A DNA stretch of 19,968 bases from Octopus sinensis (Eukaryota). Under the pieces are notes generated by a model, which searched no databases, was not told the DNA's origin, and was given only the letters and a program-made list of their open reading frames with translations. The stretch lies in contig NW_021824152.1 of the NCBI RefSeq assembly GCF_006345805.1, forward strand, positions 1 to 19,968, read 5' to 3'. Position numbers and translations under genes: made by a program. The stretch's first letter is position 1; every line of letters starts with the position of its first letter. This document shows, one piece after another, positions 1 through 10,872 of the stretch.

Positions 1-860
1 TCTTTTTTTTTTTTCCATTTTTTTTTTTTTTTTCCAAAGTATATTCTTGCTTAGATTTTTCGTCTCTGCTGTCAGGAAAATATATAAATCTGTTTCTGTG
101 ACTTCTGTAACACTTTCATGTATCTTAACTAACCAGTTCCTATTGTTTTATGTCATTCGATACATACAACAAGACTTGACCAAATAGCAACATATTTTAG
201 ATTCTTATACAATATCTTAAAAAGAAACTCAATTTTTTGTCAACTTTATTTGATTGATTGAGAAGTTACCGGTTGAAAGTATGGTAGTTTTAGATATTTT
301 TCATTTATTTTTTGTTGGTTTTTTTTTTCCGACAAACATAAGAGTTGGTCAAATTGAATTCAAATTTCATATTTGTCTGTGTTATCTGCACAAACAAAAG
401 TTTGCCTACCGACTAATCCAAGACAATCAGAAACATTTTGGCATAAGAATATGAAAGTTTCTTATGTTCTGGGAATTATAATCTACTTATTTAAAGCATA
501 TAGACAGCTAATGTAAATTATACCAAAGGAAAGCATTTTGAAGTTAAAAAAAAAAATAAAACAAACTGAGTGATCATAACTTTAAAAAAGGGGAATCTTT
601 AAGGCCTGTAGAATACAAACCTGCCTATCTACTTACACACATGCACACACACACACATGCATACACACACACACATGCATATACATATGTTGTTGAGCAG
701 TATAGGACTGCTTATAGAATATACCTGGTCAGAATGTTACCAGTGGTTTCATGCTGACTATTGCTCTTGGCAATATTGATAACTTGTCAGTCGTGTCTGT
801 AACTGACAGTAACTTTGTAACAACGTATATACTATAACAGAGTAATATACTGCTCGACTA

Positions 861-945
861 ATATATATGTGTGCGTGTGTGTGTATACATATATATGTGT
901 GTGTGTATATGTATATATGTATGCATATATATGTATATACACATA

Positions 946-978
<33 letters not shown>

Positions 979-1214
979 GCACATATATATATGTATATAT
1001 ATACATATATATATATATATATGTGTACATATATATATGTGTGTATATATGTATATGTACATATACATATATCTATGTGTATGTGCATATATACATATAT
1101 AGATATATATAATATAAATATATATATATATATATACACCACATGCACTCACGTACATGCACAGGAAAGTGTGTGTGTATGAGTTGTGTATACATATGTA
1201 TATGTATATATGTG

Positions 1215-1246
<32 letters not shown>

Positions 1247-1280
1247 ATATTATATATATACATACATATATATATATATC
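861..1280. repeat. Compound (TA)n/(TG)n/(CATA)n microsatellite array
   Basis: Directly visible. It explains the overlapping Y/I/C/V/H-rich ORFs on both strands. Confidence 0.95.
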
Positions 1281-1621
1281 CATCTAGTTTTTATTACAAT
1301 ATCTTTTTTCCCTTCTTTAAATATTCCTACTTTCTCTGCCCAGAATTTGCCTTTATTTAAATACAGTGATGATACATGCTTCTCTCTTAATTGCCATTGT
1401 ATTGCCAATGGAACGAGATTTCTTCAGAAGCAGATTTATCGAAATTACAATTGTGCAATTTCTAATTCATTATGAATAATAAATATTGGTTCTGATATGT
1501 TTTGCTTTTTATTCAAAGCATAACCAAAATTATTTTTTCAATGATGCTATTTTTTTTTTGTCTTCTTTATAATAAGCATTGATTTTTATTTAGTCTTGCA
1601 ATTGTTTTATTTCATTTTTCT

Positions 1622-2100
1622 TTTTTTTTTCCTCATATCATAATCTATATTATTTTGAAAAGACTATCAATATTTATTTTGCATTTCTGAAAAATGTGGT
1701 TAACGGTGTTGGCCTGAAAAGTTAACACTTTTGTAGCAATAGCCATTTTAGCCATTTTGAAATGTGGCGCGAATTGGCAATATGACGTAATGTCTTTGCC
1801 GAAGAAATATCATTTTCGTTTTTTTCCATTGGTTAATATAACTGCTCATATAAAGATTCTAGAAGTTTCGTAAAGAATATCCGTCATGAATTTCGATTCT
1901 TTTTGAGCCAAGTGAGCAGTTATAAAAACCCTGGATTTTGGAAGATATTTCAGTGTTCGTTCGGTAGTCATTCAACTCCACGACACTCACTCTTTTTTTT
2001 TCCTCATATCATATCTATATTATTTTGAAAAGACTATCAATATTTATTTTACATTTCTGAAAATGTGGTTATCTGTGTTGGCCTGAAAAGTTAACGCTTT
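1622..2100. repeat. Pair of ~105-bp direct repeats (1622-1731 and 1993-2100) flanking a unique ~260-bp segment
   Basis: T-run + CCTCATATCATA(A)TCTATATTATTTTGAAAAGACTATCAATATTTATTTT...GTTGGCCTGAAAAGTTAAC occurs twice with only a few differences. Confidence 0.9.
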
Positions 2101-2770
2101 AAACCTGATACAACACTTGTTACTTACAGTTTTACTTAGAAAACAAAGTAATAAATCATTATAAAAAAAATAATAAATAAACTAACCTTGAAAATAATGT
2201 TTGCATGTAATTTCAAAATAAATAATCATAAACCGTTGTTATTATGTCCTATAATATCTTTTGGATGTTCAGTTTTGACTTTTGTACAGAGCTGTTTGAA
2301 TTTAGTCTCATGTGTCCTCTTTTTTTGTTTTGTTTTGTTTCTCTTTTTGTTTTTGTTTTTTGTTTTTTTGGAAACTATGTGAAAATCATTTACGAAATAA
2401 AAGAGGCTTACTTAAATTTTGCATGGAAAAAAAAAATGGGATACAAACTGTTTATAAACATCTCTTGTCTTGTTGCTTGAAAGAATATTTTTATGGCTCT
2501 TTCTCTCCAATAGAAAACATAATTTTTGCTTCAAACCAGGTTACATTGTTTTATACCTTTTTGAGTTTTTTTTTTCTGTTATTTATTTTTATAAATATCT
2601 CTACTGTGTTTTTTGTTTTTTTTCTCTGAGTCTTGACTCTAACTCTACCTAACATTTAAGCTGACAACCAAGTATGATGTCACAAAATAAAAGATTCTAC
2701 GGAGAGTGATTCCATTGCTGACCAAAGACGATCTGATAAATAAGTTCACAAATAAAAACTGAAAATTAAA

Positions 2771-3086
2771 CACACACACACACTCACACATGAACACACA
2801 TGAACACACACAAACACATACACACACAAAATTAAGTATAGTATATATATTTATATATATATATACACACACATCTATATATGTTTAAATATATATGTAT
2901 ATATGCACACACATGTATGTTTGTGTGTGTGTGTGTGTATTAGGTATATTATGTATATATATATGACTCATGCAAGAGATGATAAAGTGCATGTTAGATG
3001 ATGATGAAGAGGATGATGATGTATATGTGTATACATACATATATGTGTGTGCATGTATGTATATATACATATATGCATTATATATA

Positions 3087-3131
<45 letters not shown>

Positions 3132-3210
3132 GTATGTATATATACTTACACACATTACATATATATATATATTTATATCATATACATTATACATGTATAC
3201 ATTATATTAT
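2771..3210. repeat. Compound (CA)n/(TA)n/(GAT)n microsatellite array
   Basis: Directly visible. Confidence 0.95.
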
Positions 3211-3211
3211 A

Positions 3212-3260
3212 TATGGCCGCAGCTCTGAGCTGAAACTAGAGAAAAAATAAAAGAAAAAAA
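3212..3260 (+). mobile_element. 5'-truncated retroposon 3' end with A-rich tail
   Basis: ATGGCCGCAGCTCTGAGCTGAAACTAGA is followed by an A-rich run. It resembles 3396-3420 (ATGGCCGCGGCCTTCGGGCTAAAAC). Confidence 0.5.
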
Positions 3261-3379
3261 TATATATATATATATTATATATGGGCTTAGCCGTGTAGTT
3301 ACTTCATTAAACTGAACTTTGTGTGAATTCTTCCTACCTTGAAACCATTGGCGCTGTCTCACACGCTCTTTTTGTTTCA

Positions 3380-3437
3380 GCGGTGGTGCCCCAGCATGGC
3401 CGCGGCCTTCGGGCTAAAACATTTGAAGGATTTAAGG
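3380..3437 (+). mobile_element. Second retroposon 3'-end fragment of the same family
   Basis: GGTGGTGCCCCAGCATGGCCGCGGCCTTCGGGCTAAAAC followed by a short AAGGATT repeat; GC-rich island between TA arrays. Confidence 0.45.
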
Positions 3438-3443
3438 ATTATA

Positions 3444-3484
<41 letters not shown>

Positions 3485-4038
3485 TGTATGCAAGTATATA
3501 CACACAGACACACATACACACATACCAGTAATTTTATTGTTAAGCAATGGAATCACAGAATTTCTTACCCTATTTCTCAACTTCCTTTCCACCCATTTAC
3601 CTTAAACAGCACATGCTTTTCAATTCTACAGTTAACCTGGCTGCTTCTCTATGTATATTCTGGCAAATACAGGTATATACCTTATATATATGTATATATA
3701 TATGTATGTATATATATATCGATATCTAAATGTTGTGTATATATTATATATCAACACATATGTACACATATATATATGTATATATATCTGTGAGTGTATG
3801 TCTGTGTGTGCATGTGTGTGTATATACGTACATATATGAGTATATGTGCATGTATGTAAGCAAACAATTTCTGAATAGATATATTTATTCAAAGTTTTTT
3901 CATGAAATCTTTCTCTTGTAAAATTCTTTATTTAGAAATAAATTACAGAAAAGACACTAAAATAAAGAAAAGTTTCTTTTAGTTATTTTTTAAAAAAATT
4001 ATTTATTTATCATTCATTTATAATCAAAGCATAAACGA

Positions 4039-4042
<4 letters not shown>

Positions 4043-4091
<49 letters not shown>

Positions 4092-4677
4092 ATGTATGTA
4101 TTGCTTCTACTTTTTCTAGTTTTCAGTCTTGGACTTCAACATACCCATACCTTCGTATGTGTGTTATTAAATATCTATATGTTTATATATATATGTGTGT
4201 GTGTGTGTACATATATAAGTATATGTAAGTGTGGGTGTAATGTGTATATATATATAATATATATATGTATATATATATATAATGTATATAGATGTGTGTG
4301 TGTATATATAATATATTATATATGTATATATATATATATGTATATATGTTTATATATGTATATATGTATATGTTTATATATGTATATATGTTTATATATA
4401 TATATATGTATATATATATATACATGTATATATACATGTATATATATGTGTATATATATATACATGTATATATATGTGTATATATATATGTATGTATATA
4501 TTAACGCATATATATATGTTATATATATGTATATATATATTATATATATATGTATATATATATGTATATATATATTTATATATATATATATATCTATATA
4601 TATATATATTATAATATATATATATAACATGTATATCTATATATATATATATATATATTATATATAATACTATACCG

Positions 4678-4725
<48 letters not shown>

Positions 4726-4744
4726 GTTATATATATATAAATGT

Positions 4745-4776
<32 letters not shown>

Positions 4777-4810
4777 ATATAATATATACATATATATATA
4801 TATATATATC
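4043..4810. repeat. ~770-bp (TA)n-rich microsatellite array with TATG/TAAT variants
   Basis: Directly visible, interrupted by a short unique stretch at ~4100-4170. Confidence 0.95.
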
Positions 4811-5233
4811 ATAATGCAACAGTCCATTAAAATTATAAATACTGCTAATTCCTTTCAAGGTATGTATTTCTTGATATAATCAGTAAGGTATTTCAACATT
4901 TTTTGCATACAATGGCTGAAATTCCTTAAAAAAAAATTACCAAAGAGTTAGTTGAATTATCAGCCTCGTTTTATTTCTATTACTTTTAGTGTAATTACAG
5001 TGTAGTTATTTGGGCAGTGGGACCAATCAGTTGCGTATATATGTATGTGTTCACACACACACACATAGATGGCTTAATGAGATGAGGCAGTTGTATGGAT
5101 GTGATTTTACTCAGAGTAACTAAGGCTGGTAAGAGGAAATGAAGCTGTCTTCACACTTGAGACTCAGTTCAAATGCCTGCAACAGAGAGGACTCCGTTAT
5201 GAGCATCCATGTTATGGTATTATTGAACTAGAT

Positions 5234-5462
5234 GGCGAGGTGGCAGAAACGTTAGCACGCCGGGCGAAATGTGTAGCCATCTTTCGTCTGCCGTTACGTT
5301 CTGAGTTCAAATTCCACTGAGGTCGACTTTGTCTTTCATCCTTTCGGGGTTATAAATTAAGTACCAGTTACGCACTGGAGTCGATGTAATCAACTTAATA
5401 CCTATGTATGTCCTTGTTTGTCCTCTCAGTGTTTAGCCCCTTGCGAGTAGTAAAGAAATAGG
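5234..5462 (+). mobile_element. Full-length tRNA-derived SINE with 13-bp target-site duplication
   Basis: Head GGCGAGGTGGCAGAAACGTTAGC and B-box-like GAGTTCAAATTCC. The direct repeat TATTGAACTAGAT lies at 5221-5233 and 5463-5475. Six related copies occur in the window. Confidence 0.9.
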
Positions 5463-5813
5463 TATTGAACTAGATGATAATTTGTATTTACCGTTTAAAA
5501 AGAAAAAAGAACAGTTCCTCTAGCCAGCTTGCACACTGTTTCTATTATGCAAATGTTATTTGCAAGGCTTTTGTTGACCAAAATCTTTGGTAGAAGATAA
5601 GTGCTCAAAATGCCATAGATTTACAAGAACTTCTTACCCATGTAGCTATGACTTACACTATTGAGTGTACATATAAAGATAAGACATTTGTAGACAGTGA
5701 AATGTTATCCTATTAAAGACATTGGCAAGGTAGCATGCTACAAGCATGAGGAAATATCTCAATAAGGGAAATGGCATGGTGATCTACTACAAACAATGAA
5801 TGATATTTTGATC

Positions 5814-6140
5814 AAGACAGTGATGAGATAGGGTCATTAAAATGATGTCATTAGAAGTAGTGAAAAGATATCTTGACAGAGGCAGAAGAGAAATGCCTTG
5901 CTAGAGGAGAGTGGAAAAATATGCCACCAGAGGCAGTGAAAAGATAGCCTGACAGAAGCAGTGAAGTGATATCCAGATAGATTCAATGAATATGTGTCAC
6001 TAGAGGCAGTGAAGTGATATACAAATAGAAGTAGTGAAATGATATCCTAATAGAGGAAGTAAAAATGTCTTACAAGGAAAGATACACCACAGGAAGTGGT
6101 GAAAATATATCCCAAGAGAAGCAGTGAACAGATATTCTGC
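5814..6140. repeat. Degenerate 25-bp minisatellite (~AGAGGCAGTGAAAAGATATCCTGAC), about 11-13 units
   Basis: Units such as AGAAGTAGTGAAAAGATATCTTGAC, AGAGGCAGTGAAAAGATAGCCTGAC, AGAAGCAGTGAAGTGATATCCAGAT and AGAAGTAGTGAAATGATATCCTAAT. Confidence 0.8.
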
Positions 6141-6261
6141 TTGTAATGTAATATAGATTATGACAAACATATACAGTTCATAGACCAATTACTCTTAATC
6201 ATTGCATTTTGAAATATTCATGGCATAATGATTTCTATCATTGTTTATAGTCTAGAAAGGA

Positions 6262-6478
6262 TGATTGGATTGGTAGAACTAGTAGAATGTTGAAATAAAC
6301 GCATTGTGATATTTAGTTACACCTCTTTTGTGTTCTGAGTTCAAATCCTGCCGGGGTTAATTTTCTATTTCATCCTTCCAAGATTGACTGATAAAATATG
6401 CACCAGTCAATTACTGGAGTAAGTTAGATCAACTTACCTCTTCCCTATAAATCTATAGCCTTGTGTCTGTTAGACTAT
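6262..6478 (+). mobile_element. Diverged SINE, same family as 5234-5462
   Basis: TTGGTAGAA...TTCTGAGTTCAAATCCTGCCGGGGTTAA...TTCATCCTT...CACCAGTCAATTACTGGAGT aligns by eye with the 5234 copy. Confidence 0.75.
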
Positions 6479-6490
6479 ATGCATATATAT

Positions 6491-6539
<49 letters not shown>

Positions 6540-7220
6540 CTAGAAGAATCCCAAAGGAATCAAATATAAATTGCATAATTATACATATACAATATATATA
6601 TATATATATATATATATGTTTTATTTCACTCCTCACAACAAATCAGCTCACTGTCATTTATTTTTATTTACTACAGACATTTCCCTGTATATATATATAT
6701 ATATATATATATCTACATATATATAAGAAAAAAACTAACCCTTTATTGAGCTCTTTCATTCTGTTAATGGTTATTTCATGAAGCGTAGGGGGAAAAAAAT
6801 AATTACCATTAAATATAAGAAAAAATGTCAAACCAAATATTCTGGAGGGCTGCAGAAAGTTACATTATGCAATTATATTTGGAAAGCAGGTGTAGGGAAT
6901 TTTTTTTAGTACCAGAGCCAAATTGCGAAGAACTTTAAGTTTTATATATCCATAGGTAAGCAACTTACATTAAATCATTGTTTTAGTCTTAATGTTTAAA
7001 CTGTTTATTTCTTTTCAGTTTTTTTACAAGTGTTTGGAGCACTTGTACTTTCAGTGCTTAAAAGCTCAGTATCTACTTTAACTAAATAGCATTTTTAAAT
7101 GCTATGTTTTACCAAAAAAAAAAAAAAAAAACGGAAAGAGAATCCGCAGCAAATTATTTAAACTATACAGAGTTATCACCAGTCATGTTTCTGTTTTCTG
7201 ATAACATAATGTCCCTTTAA

Positions 7221-7439
7221 CCTTTTTGTTACCATATTTCTGTCGAGATACTCTATGTTTCTTTCAATTAATTTAAAATATGACAAAGAATTTAGTAAAA
7301 TAATAGTTATCATTCAGCTAGTGTTAGGAACATAAATTATGACAAAGGTTTTGTGGAAGATTTTAATTCAAAACTTTTGAAAACAAGACATTTGTATTCA
7401 GAGCCAGAAGTGGTTTCAGGTGGGTTGATATCAAAAGGG
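7221..7439. mobile_element. piggyBac-type MITE, copy 1
   Basis: TTAA at 7217-7220 and 7440-7443. Ends are CCTTTTTGTTACC and GATATCAAAAGGG. The body is nearly identical to copies 2 and 3. Confidence 0.85.
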
Positions 7440-7495
7440 TTAATGTGACACCATCACTAGTGCCTTCAACATGGCACCAGCATGAGTGCTTTTAA

Positions 7496-7703
7496 CCCTT
7501 TTGTTCCCATATTTCTGTTGAGATGCTCTGTGTTTCTTTCAATTAATTTTAAATATGACAAAGAACTTAGTTATCATTAAGCTAGTGCTAGGAACATAAA
7601 TTGTGACTAAGGTTTTGTGGAAGACTTTAATTAAAAACTTATGAAAACAAGACATTTGTATTCAGAGCCAGAGCCGGTTTCAGCCGGGTTGGTAATGAAA
7701 GGG
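7496..7703. mobile_element. piggyBac-type MITE, copy 2
   Basis: TTAA at 7492-7495 and 7704-7707. TIRs are CCCTTTTGTTCCC and GGTAATGAAAGGG. It lacks an ~11-bp internal segment present in copies 1 and 3. Confidence 0.9.
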
Positions 7704-8231
7704 TTAATGTTCTAATCCCAACAAAGATTTTTTTTTTCTTTTTGAAAATGTTTAAAATATGAGTATTGTACTCAGTTTAAAGATTCTATTTCTGAGGAAA
7801 AAAAACCACGGTCCCTTTAAATAGCCAGTGCCCTCAGGTTGCCCCCATCCCTACTCCCTTCTAAGTTCTCAAAGCTCCTAAGGTATATTACTACTGCCTA
7901 GGTAAAGAACCACTGATTTAGAGATTACATCAGGAGCAGTTTCAAATTGATTGTGGGTGAAATTATGCCTTTGGGCAATGAAAGTTTCCCAACGCTTGTA
8001 AAGTGGAACCATGGCTCAATCAAAAACGTTTAATACTTAAATTATTGTTTTACTTATCAAGTGACTTTATGGGTTTTTGTTTTTGTCCTTTTTTTCTCCC
8101 TCCTTTTAGTTTTGTTGTTTATTTTTTCCTTAAAAATTAGAAAAGTATATATTTGAAGTTTAAAATTTCATTCTTAACAATGTAGTGAACTACATTAATC
8201 TTGAAGATTAATGGTGAAAGAAAAGTTTACT

Positions 8232-8512
8232 TTGCTGTGTTAGTCATAAATAGTCAGTCATATTTTACTTTGTGTAGTCAGTCATAGATTACTGTAAAGT
8301 TAATGTCATATCATTCTCATACATAAGTCATATGTAATGTTTTTATGTTATTATATGTTATTGTTATGTATAATAAGTTCTTTATAGTCTGTCATAGTTA
8401 GTCAATCATATGTGGTTAGTCAAACAATTAGTCATATGTTACTGTTATACATAGTTATATGTTGCTGTCATATGTAGTCAATTATATTATCGCGTGTATT
8501 TGGTCATATATG
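8232..8512. repeat. Cryptic low-complexity tract rich in (TA)GTCA(TA) motifs
   Basis: More than ten occurrences of GTCA/GTCATA at irregular spacing. Confidence 0.55.
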
Positions 8513-9344
8513 TGCATGTATGTCTGCACTGTGTTTTGGCTGTAGTTTGTAAGTGTATCTGTAAATTTGTGAATGATTTTACTGCATATTTTTCCAAAAC
8601 AAAGCATTCTTTGACATTCAGTGTGTATTTAAATCAGTATTTTACTAAAAGAAAGCTTGCTACCTAATGTAAATGTCATTGAGGTATAGCTAAAAATTAT
8701 AGTGGATCCCTAAAGTGAATAAAACTGATTCAGTCTGATCTAGTAACATAGTCTTAATTGGTTGATTTGCTAAGTAGGAAAGAGCTATATTAATATCTTT
8801 TAAATAAATTATTTTTATGTAGAAGTCTTCAAGCGCCATCTTTCAAGTAGTATCTTGAAAGTAGTCTAAGAACTTTTACATTTTGGAAATAGTTCTTTGT
8901 TCTGCTCTAAGCAGACTGACTTTGGTAGTTGGAAGAGTGTGTAGTTTGGTCTTCATTTAGATTGAAGTTTAGGTGATAAATCAAACCATCTGCATTTAAG
9001 ATATTGATCTATGTTTTAAAAGAAACAGACTGAGAATCTTCACAAATTAATGCAAAAAAATATATATTTGTTGCTCTTTTAGTTCATATGTTAACTTATG
9101 CTTAAATTCCCAGAATATTAATGTCATGTTCGATATTTGCCAAGATGTCTAGTATATCGGTAAATAGATTTGTGTTGTAGGACATAAAAAAATGCTTCTA
9201 ATTTTTCACAATAAATTTAATATTTAACAATGAAAGAAATGGAGTTTTTTTTGTTTTTTTTTTGTAAGTGATATCAGAAGACAATTTATGTTGTATAAAT
9301 CTCTCCATTTATTATGTGATTATATGAGCATCACTTCAAGATAC

Positions 9345-9425
9345 CAATGCTAAATTTTCAAAGAGGTAACAAAAATGCAGTTTATCAACTTCATTAAATG
9401 CAATTTTGAAACTTTTACGAGCTTT
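9345..9425 (-). CDS. Putative internal coding exon (81 nt, phase 0/0): KARKSFKIAFNEVDKLHFCYLFENLAL
   Basis: Long poly-T tract ending TTGTTAGATAG, 27 open codons, and frame continuity with the 10043-10006 exon. It needs the second AG, and the donor G|GTATCTT is atypical. Confidence 0.4.
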
Positions 9426-9632
9426 CTATCTAACAAAAAAAAAAAAAATTTTTTTAATACAATTTATTTTTATTTTTTTATAAAATAAATAAAAAAAAAA
9501 TGAGTTGAGTTTTTTCCTTGTTAATTGAGATATTTATGTTGCAAAATAGAAATATCAAGTTGTGATCTAATATTTAAAAAAAAATATTTTTAAAAATCTT
9601 GTTGCTTTATTTTTAATTCTGTTATCTTATTA

Positions 9633-9636
<4 letters not shown>

Positions 9637-9672
<36 letters not shown>
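9637..9672. repeat. (TTA)n microsatellite
   Basis: Directly visible. Confidence 0.9.
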
Positions 9673-10005
9673 TTTTACCGTAAAATATTCTTTATATCTT
9701 ACTCCGTTCCTCAATAGCTTGTACATGTGATGAATGATAAAGTTTAAGTGATAACGACTGTCCCCTTTTTACAGTTAATAAATATAAAGATTTAGCTAAA
9801 TCAGACCCTTGCCAATAATATATACAAAACAAAAACAAAAATTTTTAAAAAAAGACAATGATTGTTTTCACCCTCACCTATATATGTTGATTTTTGATCA
9901 ATATTGTCTTGAAAATATCTGGAATATTTCTCTCCATATCTGTATTTTCTATGTTGTTTATCTATATGCTAAATTCTCTTCGTTCTATTAACATTCTACA
10001 CTTAC

Positions 10006-10043
10006 CACTTCATAATTGGGACCAGTGAAGTAACAGACATTTT
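10006..10043 (-). CDS. Putative coding micro-exon (38 nt, phase 1/0): (E)NVCYFTGPNYEV
   Basis: Strong pyrimidine tract (CTTTTCTTTTTCTTTTTTCTTTCTCACTCATTTTATGTTAG) and consensus donor GTG|GTAAGT. It joins in frame to the 10751-10721 exon. Confidence 0.65.
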
Positions 10044-10720
10044 CTAACATAAAATGAGTGAGAAAGAAAAAAGAAAAAGAAAAGCGAGACACTTTTCCAC
10101 ATGCATAGAAAAAAGAGGTGTTGTGTGGGGTGGGGGAGTAAATTTGTTTCTAAATCAAATACTTCAATACTTCTTCCATTTTTTCTTTTTTTTTTTTTCA
10201 TGGTGGGTTTGGTTCCTGGGATTTCAGTAGATACATTTCTAAAGACTTTTTTTTTGTTTCTAAATCAAGATCATTTGGTTATAAATAGAATCCTAAATGT
10301 TGAAATTCTTCCACGCAACTTTCTCGAAAATAACCATTCCAAAATGTCTCTCAGATGTCTTCTATCATCATATTTTACCAATTTTGTTCTCTGAAAGTCT
10401 TGTATTTCTATTTCTTTTGTTTTTTTTTTCTTTCTGTGCAAATGGTACTCATCTTACAATGTAGTTATTATATTAAAAGCATTATGGCTAGCTAATATTC
10501 AAAATAAAATTCTTTAATGTAACCAAAAGACGATGTTTCACTGCCTATTGATATGTTTGTTGGTGTATAAATGTAATAATGGATATAATAAGAACATCGT
10601 GTTAAATCTGTGATGCATTCTGATAAGTCTTGCACCCAAAGAGAACAGTTCTTATATAGAAATAATTATTTCATTTCCCTGCATATCTTGATATTATTGT
10701 AACTGTGAAATTAGCTTTAC

Positions 10721-10751
10721 CAAATTCTTCTCCAGATATTTCATAGACGTT
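10721..10751 (-). CDS. Putative coding micro-exon (31 nt, phase 0/1): NVYEISGEEF(E)
   Basis: Acceptor TTTTTTTGTTTTGATAAACAG and donor TTG|GTAAAG. The phase-1 end matches the phase-1 start of the next exon, giving codon GAA. Confidence 0.6.
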
Positions 10752-10872
10752 CTGTTTATCAAAACAAAAAAATACACTTAATCCTTTTCCTTATTTATTA
10801 TAATTTCCTCTGGATTCATTAACTAATTAAACTATTTGGCAACACAAATAACAACTGATTAGATATGGGACC

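Noticed and set aside
2650-2760. Minus-strand terminal exon (e.g. DRLWSAMESLSVESFIL*)
   Set aside because: Several acceptor and frame combinations give equally plausible peptides, and none can be tied to the upstream exons.
5814-6140. CRISPR-like array
   Set aside because: Units are contiguous and degenerate with no unique spacers and no cas genes, and the context is eukaryotic. The same applies to the 67-bp repeat at 18683-18972.
7808-7915. hAT MITE ending AGGTAAAGAACCACTG
   Set aside because: It resembles a hAT/Charlie-type TIR, but no matching opposite end or TSD was found.
9703-9939. Two further minus-strand exons (YGEKYSRYFQDNIDQKSTYI / AKSLYLLTVKRGQSLSLKLYHSSHVQAIEER)
   Set aside because: They join each other in phase, but linking them to the 10043-10006 exon needs a 37-nt intron without a pyrimidine tract, and their end phase does not fit the 9425 exon.
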